64,000 nt of DNA from Eledone cirrhosa (Eukaryota): assembly GCA_964016885.1 (NCBI GenBank), contig OZ024760.1, positions 1,488,001 through 1,552,000 on the forward strand, in the 5' to 3' direction. This document shows, one piece after another, positions 26,681-38,524 of the stretch (its first letter is position 1; each line of letters starts with the position of its first letter). A program made the translations under genes and the position numbers. A model generated the notes under the pieces. It saw nothing but the letters and a program-made list of their open reading frames with translations. It was not told where the DNA came from and searched no databases.

Positions 26681-27504
26681 AGTGTTTGGAAATAAAATAA
26701 AAAATGTTATCATAATTTCATATAGGGACCCCCCCCCCCCTCATTTTTTCTGTATTTTTGTGATATTTCAAACACCAACTTTTTTCTTCAATTTTTAAAA
26801 TTATTTTCAAAATTAATCAAAACAGATAGAAAATGTATTATATTAGAAATATGACCATGGAAGGGTTAAAAACTTTGAATTTTTTAATATTTTGTGTGAG
26901 AGGGGGGGGGGGGGTCTTCTATTGACTGGGGTGAATATGTCCAATGATTAATTAATTAGCCTTAAAATAGTTAATTAGATGAATAATAATAATAAAAATA
27001 TCTATAATTTAAAATCTGATTGTTTATCATTTCTTGAATTTAATGAGTGTTGTGGTGTTTGTTGTGGTGCTAGTTATGGTGTCTATTGTGGTTTTTTTAA
27101 TGAGTGTTGTGTTATTTTTTTTGTTATGGTTTTCTGTTGTGTTATTTGTTGTGGTATTTGTTGTATTTTTTTTGTTGTGATTTTTGCTGTTGTGGTGTTT
27201 GTTGTGCATTTCTTTTTTTGTAGTGACCCATCTGCCACACCCACCCACCCTTTACTACTCCCATCTTATTGTGTGTTTATCTGTTGTAATATATATGTTG
27301 GGTATGAATCGAAGTTGTAGCTGCCATAATATTTACATATATATATATATATATAAGAATTGAAATACTAGAGTGTGTTGTAGTTAAACACCCTCTTGGT
27401 ATTATAGAAATGACAGTAAAGGTATAGCTCAATGTAATTAAACAGAGCCAAAGAATTATGAAAATAAACCAAAGAAGCCTTCAATACATCAAAAGTCTTT
27501 ATTA

Positions 27505-27543
27505 GCCAACAATGTTTCGTCCTATTAAGGACTCATCAGGGCA
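27505..27543 (-). ncRNA. canonical minimal type-I hammerhead ribozyme
   Basis: The minus strand reads gcc-CTGATGA-gtcc-ttaata-ggac-GAAA-cattG-TT-ggc, with perfect stem II gtcc/ggac and stem I gcc/ggc. Confidence 0.82.
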
Positions 27544-27761
27544 ATTAAAGCTATAAGAAGCACTATCAGCCAATACAAGCCGAAAACTCAGAAGAATATG
27601 GAGTGTACATAGATTAAATTATAGGAAAATAATCGGGTAAAAATCATCAAGTATATATTTATATATATATACATACATACATATCATATATACAAACATA
27701 TATATATATATATTTCAAATAATGGTAGTTAAGACTGGATTAAACGCCATAATTATTTATT

Positions 27762-27812
27762 GCATTATATACATTTCTGATACATGGTTATTCATATGAC
27801 TTCGTCAGATGC
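27762..27812 (-). ncRNA. hammerhead ribozyme, left arm of inverted repeat 27715-28015
   Basis: The minus strand reads gcat-CTGACGA-agtcatatgaataaccatgtatca-GAAA-tgtata-TA-atgc. Confidence 0.6.
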
Positions 27813-27916
27813 TTATGCAGTTATGATATCATTGTGATATGCCGGTGGCCGTGCACGTCCATCCAGTAGTGAAGTGTTTTGGCACATGTTGAAACACGGT
27901 GTATCCGATTGTGTAA

Positions 27917-27968
27917 GCACCTGATGAAGTCACATGAATAACCATGTAACAGAAATGTATATAATGTA
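27917..27968 (+). ncRNA. hammerhead ribozyme, right arm of inverted repeat 27715-28015
   Basis: gcac-CTGATGA-agtcacatgaataaccatgtaaca-GAAA-tgtata-TA-atgt. Confidence 0.55.
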
Positions 27969-28018
27969 ATAAACAATTATGGTGATTTAATCCTGACTTA
28001 ACTACCATTATTTGATGT

Positions 28019-28590
28019 ATCGGTAGAGGGTCATACGCCATGCTTTGCAGCATAGTTACATCCCTTTACGATCTGAGTTCAAATCCCGCCGAGGTTGACT
28101 TTGCCTTTCATCCTTGCGGGGTTGATAAAATAAAGTACCAGTAATACACTGGGTAATTGCTGGCCTTGTGCCTAAAGTAGAAACAATTATTTGATAAATG
28201 AAAGGTGGTGAACTGGCAGTATCGGTAGAGGGTTAGACGCCATGCTTTCCAGCATAGTTACATCCCTTTACGGGCTGAGTTCAAATCCCGCCAAGGTTAA
28301 CTTTGCCTTTCATCCTTACGGGGTCGGTAAAATAAAGTACCAGTAATGCACTGGGTAATTGCTGGCCTTGTGCCAAAAGTAGAAACAATTATTTGATAAA
28401 TGAATAGGATTGGCAGTATTGGTAGAGGGTCGGACGCCATGCTTTGACGCACAGAGTTACGGCCCTTGCCATTCTGTGTTCAAACCCTGCCGAGGTTAAC
28501 TTTGCCTTTCATCCTTACGGGGTCGATAAAATCAAGTACCAGTAATACACTGGGTAATTGCTGGCCTTGTGCCAAAAGTAGAAACAATTA
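28019..28590 (+). mobile_element. head-to-tail trimer of SINE family A
   Basis: Three consecutive units of about 190 bp, each ending gtagaaacaatta. Two junctions share the spacer tttgataaatgaa. Confidence 0.85.
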
Positions 28591-29353
28591 TCACCTAACT
28601 GGGATAAACTAGTGACGTGTAGTGCTTTGGGTCGCTAGGACCTGCTTATCATCAGGAAGTTACTACATAGCAACTAAGATAAAAACACTCTTGTGTTTGT
28701 ATATATATATATACATATATATACATGGCTTAGTGGTTAGAGCATTGGTCTTGCAATCGAAAGGTTGTGAGTTCAATTCTCAGACCGGGTGATGTGTTGT
28801 TTCCTTGAGCAAGACACTTTATTTCACATTGCTCCAGTTTACTCAGCTGTAGAAATGAGATGATAGGGACTGGGGTCCCTATCATTCCACTGCAAAGTGG
28901 TTGTGGAGGTGCCACGGCAAAAAAGCACCCAGCACTCACTGTAAATGAGGTTGGTGTTAGGAAGGGCATCCAGCTGTAGAAATCAAGCCAGAATCAGTTC
29001 CCGTCCCACCCTTGCAAGCAGGGAAAAGTGGACGTAAAATGATGATGATGATGATGATATACATATATATATATATGCATATACCTATCTATCTTTCTTC
29101 TCTCTGGCTCTCTCTAGATGCAGGAAAGTGTCCAAAACATTATACTTCCTACTTCTCTCTTTCTCTTTCCCTCTACTTTGATGCAGGACCAATGTCCAAC
29201 AGGTCAAGACTTCCCACTAGATGTCAAGCATTAAACTAATATATCATCATTGCAGTGTATTGTACTCCTGTGTTATTTTTCTGTTGACTTTTCTCACTCT
29301 ATATAATGCATGCGTGTGTGTTTGCATATATATGTGTGTGTTTGTGTATATAA

Positions 29354-29404
<51 letters not shown>

Positions 29405-29728
29405 ATAAATAAGAAAGATGGTTTTACTCGTACATCTTCATTTTATTACATATGGAACTATGTAATAGAATAAAGATGTACAAATAAAACCATCTTTCTT
29501 ATTTATTACACTAAAACTCTGGTTGATATCTTACAGGAAAAATCCTAAGAAATACAAATCGTAGAGTGCTTTATGTCTGTTTACAGTAGATTATTTGATC
29601 AACCAACTTTCATCAACTGAATAATATATATATAGAGATATGTGTGTGTGTGTGTATCCCAGGTTCAGTCGGGGGTAACCACAGTAAGTAGGGTACTCAA
29701 TACATAGCAGAGAGTGTAAGTATTTAAT

Positions 29729-29831
29729 ATAGAAATGGCTTCTACAGGGCTAGAAATGTTTCATTCGAAGGAACTCATTAGATGATTTCCTTCGAATGAA
29801 ACAGTTCTAGTCCTGTAGAAGCCATTTCTAT
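29729..29831. repeat. hairpin with arms of about 45 bp containing decayed hammerhead cores
   Basis: atagaaatggcttctacagg...ttcgaaggaa and ttccttcgaa...cctgtagaagccatttctat. The minus strand reads CTAATGA-gttccttcgaat-GAAA. Confidence 0.8.
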
Positions 29832-30478
29832 GTTATATATATATATATATATATATAAATGTATGTATACATATATGTGTGTGTATGAATATCTATATAT
29901 GTGTATGTATATATATATACATATATACATAGATGTCTGTCTGTCATTTTCCTATTCTACAGCGCCCCCCCCCCCCCCCTCCCCCATCCTTCTGTCCACC
30001 TTTCTATTCAAGTCATCACTTCCATTTGTTTTATGTGTTGTTGTTTTTCTTACCATGACATTTTGAATTTAATTTGTTTATTTATTTATTAATTTCCTGT
30101 GTTTTTGTTTTTGTTGTTGCTTTTTTTTATATTTTTGGTTGTTGTTGTTGTTGGCGTCTGTTTGGTTTCCAGTTGCTCTTTTTTGGAATATTTACGTGTG
30201 TGTATGTATATGTTTATATATAGAAGTGTGTATGTGTGCGCATATATATATATACACGTGTGTGTGTGTATGTTTGTATATATATATATTTGTGTGTGTA
30301 GAAGTGTGCATTTGTATATACATGTATGTATATATATATATATATACGTATATATATATGTGTGTGTGTGTATGCATGTGTGTAGAAGTGTGCATTTATA
30401 TATATGTGTGTGTGTGTATTTATAGAAGTATACATATGTGTATATATAGAAGTATACATATGTGTGTATATATAGAAG

Positions 30479-30515
<37 letters not shown>

Positions 30516-30690
30516 ATTTATAGAAGTATACATATGTGAATATATAGAAGTATACATATGCGTGTATATATATAGAAGTATATATATGTATATATATATG
30601 TATGTGTGTGTGTATATACATATGTGTATATATATAGAAGTATATGTATGTGTATATGTGTATGTGTGTATATATAGAAGTATATATATG

Positions 30691-30721
<31 letters not shown>

Positions 30722-31070
30722 ATATACATATGTGTATATATAGACAGTGGGTGTTGTATCTTGGTGAGACAGTAGTGTTGTTGTTGTTGTTGTTGTTGTT
30801 GCTGCTGCTGTTTATTCGACACACTTTTTAAATGTGAAATGAAATTAAATGTTGACAAAATACAATAAAATTAAATAAGAAATATATTTAAATATATTTT
30901 TTTTTTTTTTAAACCAGAAGATAATAAAATTACATCAATTTAACATTTTTAAAATTTACTGCATTTTTGTGTTGTTGATGTTTTTGTTTTTGTCGTTTTT
31001 GTTGTTGTTTTTGTTGCTATTGTTGTTGTCTATTTATCCATCTGTCTATCTGTCTCTCTCTCTATATATA

Positions 31071-31155
<85 letters not shown>

Positions 31156-31810
31156 ATATATATGTATATGTATGTATGTTTATGTATATATCTATATGTA
31201 TGTATGTTTATGTATATATGTATATGTATGTATATATATATGTACATATACATCATCTTCATCATCGTTTAACATGGAAAATGGACGTTAAACGATGATG
31301 ATGATGATGATGATGTACATGTACATATATATATATGTATATGTACATCTATATACATGTATATATATATATATTTATATATATATACATATATATATAT
31401 ACATATATATGTATATACATATATATGTATATATGTATATATGTATATATATATATATTGTTCTCTATCTCTATTCTTCCTCAACTGTAAATACTGCAGT
31501 TAAAGACTTACCATACAACACCTCCTTGCATTCTTTCTTTTTTTCTATCTTCCTCTTCTCCCTAGGTGTTGTTGTTGTTGTTGTTGTTGTTATCATTATT
31601 ATTATTGTTAAGGGCGGTGAATTGGCACTATTGGTAGAAAGGTCGGACATGCTTTGCAGCATAGAGTTACGTCCCTTTACGATCTGAGTTCAAATCCCGC
31701 CGAGGTTAACTTTGCCTTTCATCCTTACGGTGTCGATAAAATAAAGTACCAGTAATGTACTGGGATAATTGCTGGCCTTGTGCCAAAAGTAGAAACAATT
31801 ATTATTATTG

Positions 31811-31844
<34 letters not shown>

Positions 31845-31939
31845 AACCACTGTTATAGTTGTTACTGTCAGTGGCAATGACTGCTTGCCTATTTTGCAAA
31901 TGGCAGCAAGCAGGCTTGGAGCATTCCAAGTCATGTGTG

Positions 31940-32800
31940 TGTCGAGGGGTGGCGGGTGACTGTACTGAAGGAGGACTTACACAATGGTGGCCAAATCCGG
32001 GTTGGCGTGTGGGTGGGTCGAGGTGGCATGCAGGGTTGTCATGCTGTAACAAGACAACTTGATATCCCGTAAACTCTTTCACAAACACTTCAGTTGAAAG
32101 ATCTCGACAAAGATTCTCACAATGAGGTTGCCCTTAGTCTTTCATATTGTGCTCGGAGTTTCACAGAGTTGTTTGATCCTCTGAGGAATCTATCTATTGA
32201 CAATGATCTCCACTCCATGGGGTACTTTGTAGAGCAGGAGTCAAGATTAGATCCAGCTTTGGTGGGATTCTGATCAAGGGAGTCAGATGGGCTGCAGTTA
32301 GTTAGGGTGAGTGGGTCGAGAGGGTAGGGGAGTTGTTATTCTATAACAAGACAACTTGATATCCCATAACTCTTTCACAAACACTCAGTTGAAAAATCTC
32401 GATAAAGGTTCTGACAACGAGGTTGCCCTTAGTCTTTCATATTATGCTCAGAGTTTCACAAAATTGTTTGATCCCTGGAGAAATGTATCTATTCAGAATG
32501 ATCTCCACTCCATGGGGTACTTTGTAGAGTTGGGTCAAGATTACATCTAGCTTTGGTGGGAGTTGGGTGGGCTGTAGTTAGTTAGGGTGAGTGGATTTAG
32601 AGATATAACTTGATATCCCATAACTCTTTTACAAACACTTTAGTTGAAAGATCTCGACAAAGGCCCTCACAGCGAGGTTGCTGTTAATCTTTTATATTAT
32701 GCTCGGATTTTAACAAACTTGTCTGATCCTCAGAGGAGACTATCTATTCACATTGATCTCCCCTCCATGGGGTACATGTCAAGATTAGATCTGATCTAGC
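31940..32800. repeat. degenerate triplication of a unit of about 260-300 bp, probably TE-derived
   Basis: caacttgatatccc...gatctccactccatggggtac occurs three times (about 32055, 32352 and 32606). Confidence 0.75.
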
Positions 32801-33402
32801 CTTGAAGGGATTCTCATCATATGATCCAATGAGGGCGTGGGGGTTCAATCTAAAGCTTACAACAAACACTTTATTTTTTTTTTTTTTTTATGTATTTAGT
32901 GATATTTCTAATGCCATGATCTGGTATTCAATATTGCTTCAGTATCATTTGATATTATTTAATATCACATACGGGGTCGATAAAATAAAGTACCAGTAAT
33001 GCACTGGGTAATTTGCTGGCCTTGTGCCAAAAGTAGAAACAATTATTTAATATCACATAGTCAATGTTTATTTGTTGTCAGTACTCTTGTATTTGATATC
33101 GTGTGTTGCTATTGGTATATGTTTATGTTTTGGATTGGCAGTATCGGTAGAGCGTCAGATGCCATGCTTTGCAGCAGAGTTATGGCCTTTTACGTTCTGG
33201 GTTCAAATCCCGCCGAGGTTAACTTTGCCTTTCATCCTTACAGGATCTGATATTATTTGTTGTTGTTGTTGGTGGTGGTGGGGCACATTTGATATTGTGG
33301 TGCGGTTATCAGTACATGTTTGTGTATGATATTGTTGTGCTGTCATTGGTGCATGTGTTTCTGTGTGATATTGTTTGTTGTTATTTCATGTATGTATGTA
33401 TG

Positions 33403-33433
<31 letters not shown>

Positions 33434-34361
33434 ACATATGATGTTGCTGTGTAATCTTCCTGTGTGATACTAGTGTGTGATATTGCTCATCCTGAGATAC
33501 TTGTTTGATATCATACCCTACTCAAGATATAACCTTGATATTGTGCTTTTTCTTGCTGTGAAATATCACTTCAATATATTTTTTGTTATAGTGGTTTATA
33601 CCACTTTGATACTGTTTTCCATTATTGTGTAATATTGCTTCGATATTGTGTTTTTATTGCTGTGAGATATTAATTCAATATTAATTTTTTGGGGGGTTAT
33701 TATAAAATATCATCTTGATATTGTTTTCTATTATTTTGCGATATTGTTTTGATGTTTCATTATTGTGTGCAATATCACTTTGATATCATTTTTTTTTTAA
33801 TTGATTTGAATGATATTTCATTTCAATATTATTTTTCAATATCATTTTTATATTGCTTTTCTTTAAGGTGAGATATCACTTCCACTTTGATATGAGTTTT
33901 CGTTATTTTTTAGTTGCTGTGAAATATTACTTAGATATTGTTTCTTTGATATAATTGTATCGATGTTGTTTTATATTGCTTCGACCGTGTGATATATTCC
34001 TTTGATATTGTATCCCAATGTTGTGAGATATTGTCTGTCAATATTATCCTATGCCATAATATTCTACATGATATCATTACCTTGCTTTTCATTGGTTGCT
34101 TTCAGTCTTCGTGAGATATATTTTATATCACACGTTAACTCTATTCTGCATGAGAATTCTATCCTTAGTTAAACCATTACCGAATGGGAGACATTTTCTT
34201 TTTGTGTTTATTTATTCTTTTTTTTGTTTTTGTTATTTTGTTATTCATGCTTGCATGATTTGAATAGGTTTCTTTAGAAAGAAAGAAGTAGGGAGGGGTA
34301 GAGGAATCGATTGAAAATATCCCAGACCTCGTTTACTTACTAAGTGAGGGTAGAGCGCATC

Positions 34362-34853
34362 AAATCGGATTAAAGAAACAATGTTTCCATTGGTCTTTCC
34401 CATCACTGATGTTATATCTACTGGTTGCAACTCCTGCCACAAGGAGCAACATGAAATAAAGTGTCTTGCTCAAGGACATAACACATTACCCAGTCTGGGA
34501 ATCGAACACGCAACCTCATGATTTGCTTACCATATGGGGTGGTGCTCGTCAAATCAGATCAAAGAAACAATGTTTCCATTGGTCTTTCTCATCACTAATG
34601 TTATATCTACTGGCTGCAACTCCTGCCACAAGGAGCAACATGAAATAAAGTGTCTTGCTCAAGGACATAACACATTACCCAGTCTGGGAATCGAACACGC
34701 AACCTCATGATTTGCTTACCATATGGGGTGGTGCTCGTCAAATCAGATCAAAGAAACAATGTTTCCATTGGTCTTTCTCATCACTAATGTTATATCTACT
34801 GGCTGCAACTCCTGCCACAAGGAGCAACATGAAATAAAGTGTCTTGCTCAAGG
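34362..34853. repeat. 189-bp tandem duplication (about 2.6 copies) containing a SINE B fragment
   Basis: Identical ORFs at 34466 and 34655, exactly 189 bp apart. Confidence 0.92.
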
Positions 34854-34997
34854 ATAAGGTATTGTGAGATAAATTCTGTGATTTTGTGCTGTCACTTTCT
34901 ATTATTTTCTTGATCATGTCCCCCTTTGATTCCCTGCTGCCCCTGTCCATATCTTTTTTTTCTAACTACTTCTAACCAGCAATTGTTGTTGTTTCAG

Positions 34998-35066
34998 GTG
35001 AAAATTCCCAAAACACATTTACGAGTCCTTCACCTCCTTTAAAAACAGAAGCTAACGGCAATGCTC
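34998..35066 (+). CDS. eya: eyes absent homologue, internal coding exon (phase 1 to 1), ENSQNTFTSPSPPLKTEANGNA(R)
   Basis: gtttcAG acceptor and C|gtaagt donor; 69 nt. SPSPPLK aligns with EYA1 SPSTPIK just before the Eya domain, and the phases fit both neighbours. Confidence 0.85.
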
Positions 35067-35911
35067 GTAAGTTCCCTCTTTACGTTTCAATTTGCTGTTC
35101 GGTTGAGCCTCGAGGTTTCGTGTCATCATGATGGTTTTCATGACTTTGTTATTATTATTGTTGTTGCTGTTATCATTATCGTTACTGCTGCTGTTGTTGT
35201 TCTTGTTCTTGTTATCGTTATCATTGTTGTTGTTTAGCTCTTATATCTGGCTTTAAATAGGGACCTGTGATCTAAGGTGTTCCATTCATACCCATCCCTG
35301 CTCTTTATTTCCACACAGTGCGGCCACCTAAAACTAACTGTCTTATCTGTTCTGTCCTCTAAGTCCTGTTTTGAGCAGACTTATGATCAAACAAATGTGT
35401 TCCATCTGGGACCCATATGGGCCCCTATATATGTTATATATATATATGATTATGTCATTTATTTTGTCTGACCTGTTTAGCTTGACTTGTTTTTTGACTT
35501 AGGTGGTCTATAGCTTCTTGACCGCCTTCTCAGTTTGTATGGCCTTTATAACCTATGTTTATTGCTCTGGTCTTTTAGTCCATGGAGCGCTTGCCAGCAT
35601 CACTCGGAACTTGAGTTAAGTTTCGCTTTTTCTACTCGCCGACATGCGATTCTCGCTGATTTTTATATATATATGAAGAAAGAAAAAAGAAAGAAGACGA
35701 TCGACTTTCGTCAAATCGGACCGAGGGAACAATGTTTCCGTTGGTCTTTCCAATTGCTAATACTATCTATCAGTCGCAACTCCAGGTAGAAGGAGCAACG
35801 TGAAATAAAGTGTCTTGCTCAAGGACATAACGCATCGCCTGGTCCAGGAATCGAACTCACAACCTTACGATTGCGAATCCAATTCTCTAACCACTCAGCC
35901 ACACACCTTCA

Positions 35912-36026
<115 letters not shown>

Positions 36027-36075
36027 ATATATATATATATATATGTCTGTGTATATATGTGTGTATCTATATATA

Positions 36076-36108
<33 letters not shown>

Positions 36109-36127
36109 GTCTGTGTATCTATATATA

Positions 36128-36158
<31 letters not shown>

Positions 36159-36189
36159 GTCTGTGTATATATGTGTGTATCTATATATA

Positions 36190-36222
<33 letters not shown>

Positions 36223-36756
36223 GTCTGTGTATATATGTGTGTATCTATCTATATGTCTGTGTATGTGTATATATGTGTGTATCTATCTATATGTATGTGT
36301 GTGTGTATATATATGTCTGTGTATGTGTATATATGTGTGTATGTATATATATGTCTGTGTATGTGTGTATATGTGTGTATCTATATGTCTGTGTATGTGT
36401 ATATATGTGTGTATCTATCTATATGTCTGTGTATGTGTATATATGTGTGTATCTATATATCTGTGTGTGTGTATATATGTGTGTATCTATCTGTATGTCT
36501 GTGTATGTGTATATATGTGTGTATCTATCTATATGTCTGTGTATATCTATCTATATATATGTGTGTATCTATCTATATGTATGTGTGTGTATATATGTAT
36601 GTATGTATATATATATATGCATAGTTACATCTTCAAAAAGATGCCTCAAAGATGCCTCACATTTATGCTCACCTCTGGTGAACAAAGCCACCCTGTTATA
36701 ACCCCTGCCCCTTGTCTGTTAAATTCGTGTGATTTATGATTGTTTTATTTCGGCAG

Positions 36757-36911
36757 GGCGACCTAGACCACCAAGAGGTGGTCGTCGACAAAATAACCCA
36801 TCTCCTGGACCAGAATCTGATTTAGAGAGGGTCTTTGTATGGGACTTAGATGAAACCATTATCATTTTCCACTCACTTCTCACAAGTACATATGCACAAA
36901 GATATGGAAAG
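36757..36911 (+). CDS. eya: eyes absent homologue, exon encoding the start of the Eya domain with HAD phosphatase motif I: [52 protein letters not shown]
   Basis: Near-identical to the EYA signature [38 protein letters not shown]. ggcAG acceptor and AAG|gtaggt donor. I did not find the next expected exon (DP...LGLRMEEMIF) in the window. Confidence 0.96.
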
Positions 36912-37370
36912 GTAGGTGTTTGACAAACAGTTTCTTGATTGATTAATTAATTAATTAATTAATTGTACACATTGTAATGATAATGATGATGATGATGATG
37001 ATAAGAACGGTGGTGGTGATGATGAGAATGAAAGGGTTGGGACGACGATGATGATGATGATGATGACAATTATGGTGGTGTATATGTTGGTATATACATA
37101 TATACAACTATGCGTATGTTGATATATATATATATATATATATATAGTCATCTTGTCATCTTGTCATCTTGCCTGACGGTTTGAACTTCACAACACCACC
37201 TGCCTCATTGAGGTCAAATACCAACCCTACTACCATCTACAAACTGACCAATGAGAATCAAGACTATTCCTGCTGACAACATTAATTTATTCCTAACAAG
37301 CTCATATGTCCCAAGGCTCTGATACCATCAACACTATAAACACAGTGCTGGCATATCTAAGAACTGACTA

Positions 37371-37426
37371 ACTGCCTGATGAGGTCATAGCCATTCAATG
37401 GCTATCATCGAAATCTATATAGCAGT
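37371..37426 (+). ncRNA. type-I hammerhead ribozyme 460 nt downstream of the Eya-domain exon
   Basis: actgc-CTGATGA-ggtc-atagccat-tca-atggctat-catc-GAAA-tctata-TA-gcagt, with a perfect 5-bp stem I and an 8-bp hairpin in stem II. Confidence 0.8.
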
Positions 37427-37467
37427 AAATAAAGGATTATGAGTTCATGCAATTGACTTATGTTTCG

Positions 37468-37505
<38 letters not shown>

Positions 37506-37508
<3 letters not shown>

Positions 37509-37822
37509 TGGAACCTCAGCTCATGAACAAATTGATTCACAAGGAATTTTTCCGAACATAAAGCACCTCAGTCGACGATCGGTGTCTCGAGCAAGGAGCA
37601 CAGAAGCCAGCAACAACGGTTGGCAACAAGCTGGGAGTATTGATGGGAAAACATCACTTGCTGTGTAGTTACTATGGTATCTATCTGTCTTTCACACACA
37701 GTCTCTCTCTCTCTCTCTCTCTCTCAACATTTTGTATGGAAAAAACAGCTTTGGTTTATGAATTTTTCGAGTGACAAATGCTCTTCAGGAATGAATTAAG
37801 ATTGTGAACAGAGACTCCACAG
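37506..37822. mobile_element. pogo/Tigger-like MITE
   Basis: Degenerate TIRs cagtggaacctcagctcatgaa and ttgtgaacagagactccacag; TA on the right flank and (TA)n just left. Confidence 0.55.
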
Positions 37823-38524
37823 TATATGATTCCTCCCTACCGGTCCCCTCAGTCTTTCTAATTTCTCATTCTTTCTTCTTCCTGCTATTTGAAGCATTAA
37901 ACTAATATATTCCTTTCATATACTGTACCGTTTCTGTTATTTCTGTTTACCTTTTACATACATATATATATATCATCATCATCATCACTTAACGTCTATT
38001 TTCTACGTTAGCATAGGTTAGATGGGAATTATCCCACCTGAGGCAAGATTGATTGGGTGACCGTGTCTCGCTCGAATAGGACTGTATCTGGCAGGTTTTC
38101 CACGGCTGGATGATGTATATATATATATATATAATACAGAGTACCCGACCTCCCATGGGTACAAGCTGAAGCATATAGACAATATGCCCCCACACCCTCC
38201 CACTGCAAGGTGGTCGTGGAGGTGCCACGGCAAAAAGCACCCAGCCCACACTGTAAAGTGGATGTGTAGGCGCCACAGAAAAAGCACCCAGCACTCACTG
38301 TAAATGAGGTTGGTGTTAGGAAGGGCATCCAGCTGTAGAAATCAAGCCAAAATCAGTTCCTGTATGAGCAAGGCATGGTCAGCCGACCAGACACTGCCCA
38401 CAACAGGACAACCCGTCTAACCCATGCTAGCATGGAAGAACGGACGTAAAACGGTGATGATGATGATGATGATGATGATATATATGTATAAATATAATCT
38501 GAGTTTTTCAAATAATAATAATAA

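Noticed and set aside
27224-27301. Possible eya exon after a strong pyrimidine tract (SDPSAT resembles EYA1 TDPTAE)
   Set aside because: That peptide needs phase 2 but the flanking exons require phase 1. The phase-1 reading is unlike Eya and the donor is weak.
28605-28662. Minus-strand CTGATGA followed by a ggtc/gacc hairpin
   Set aside because: There is no GAAA and no convincing stem I or III; at best a heavily decayed motif.
37755-37795. Minus-strand CTGAAGA...GAAA spacing inside the Tigger-like MITE
   Set aside because: Stems I and II do not pair, so it is probably chance.
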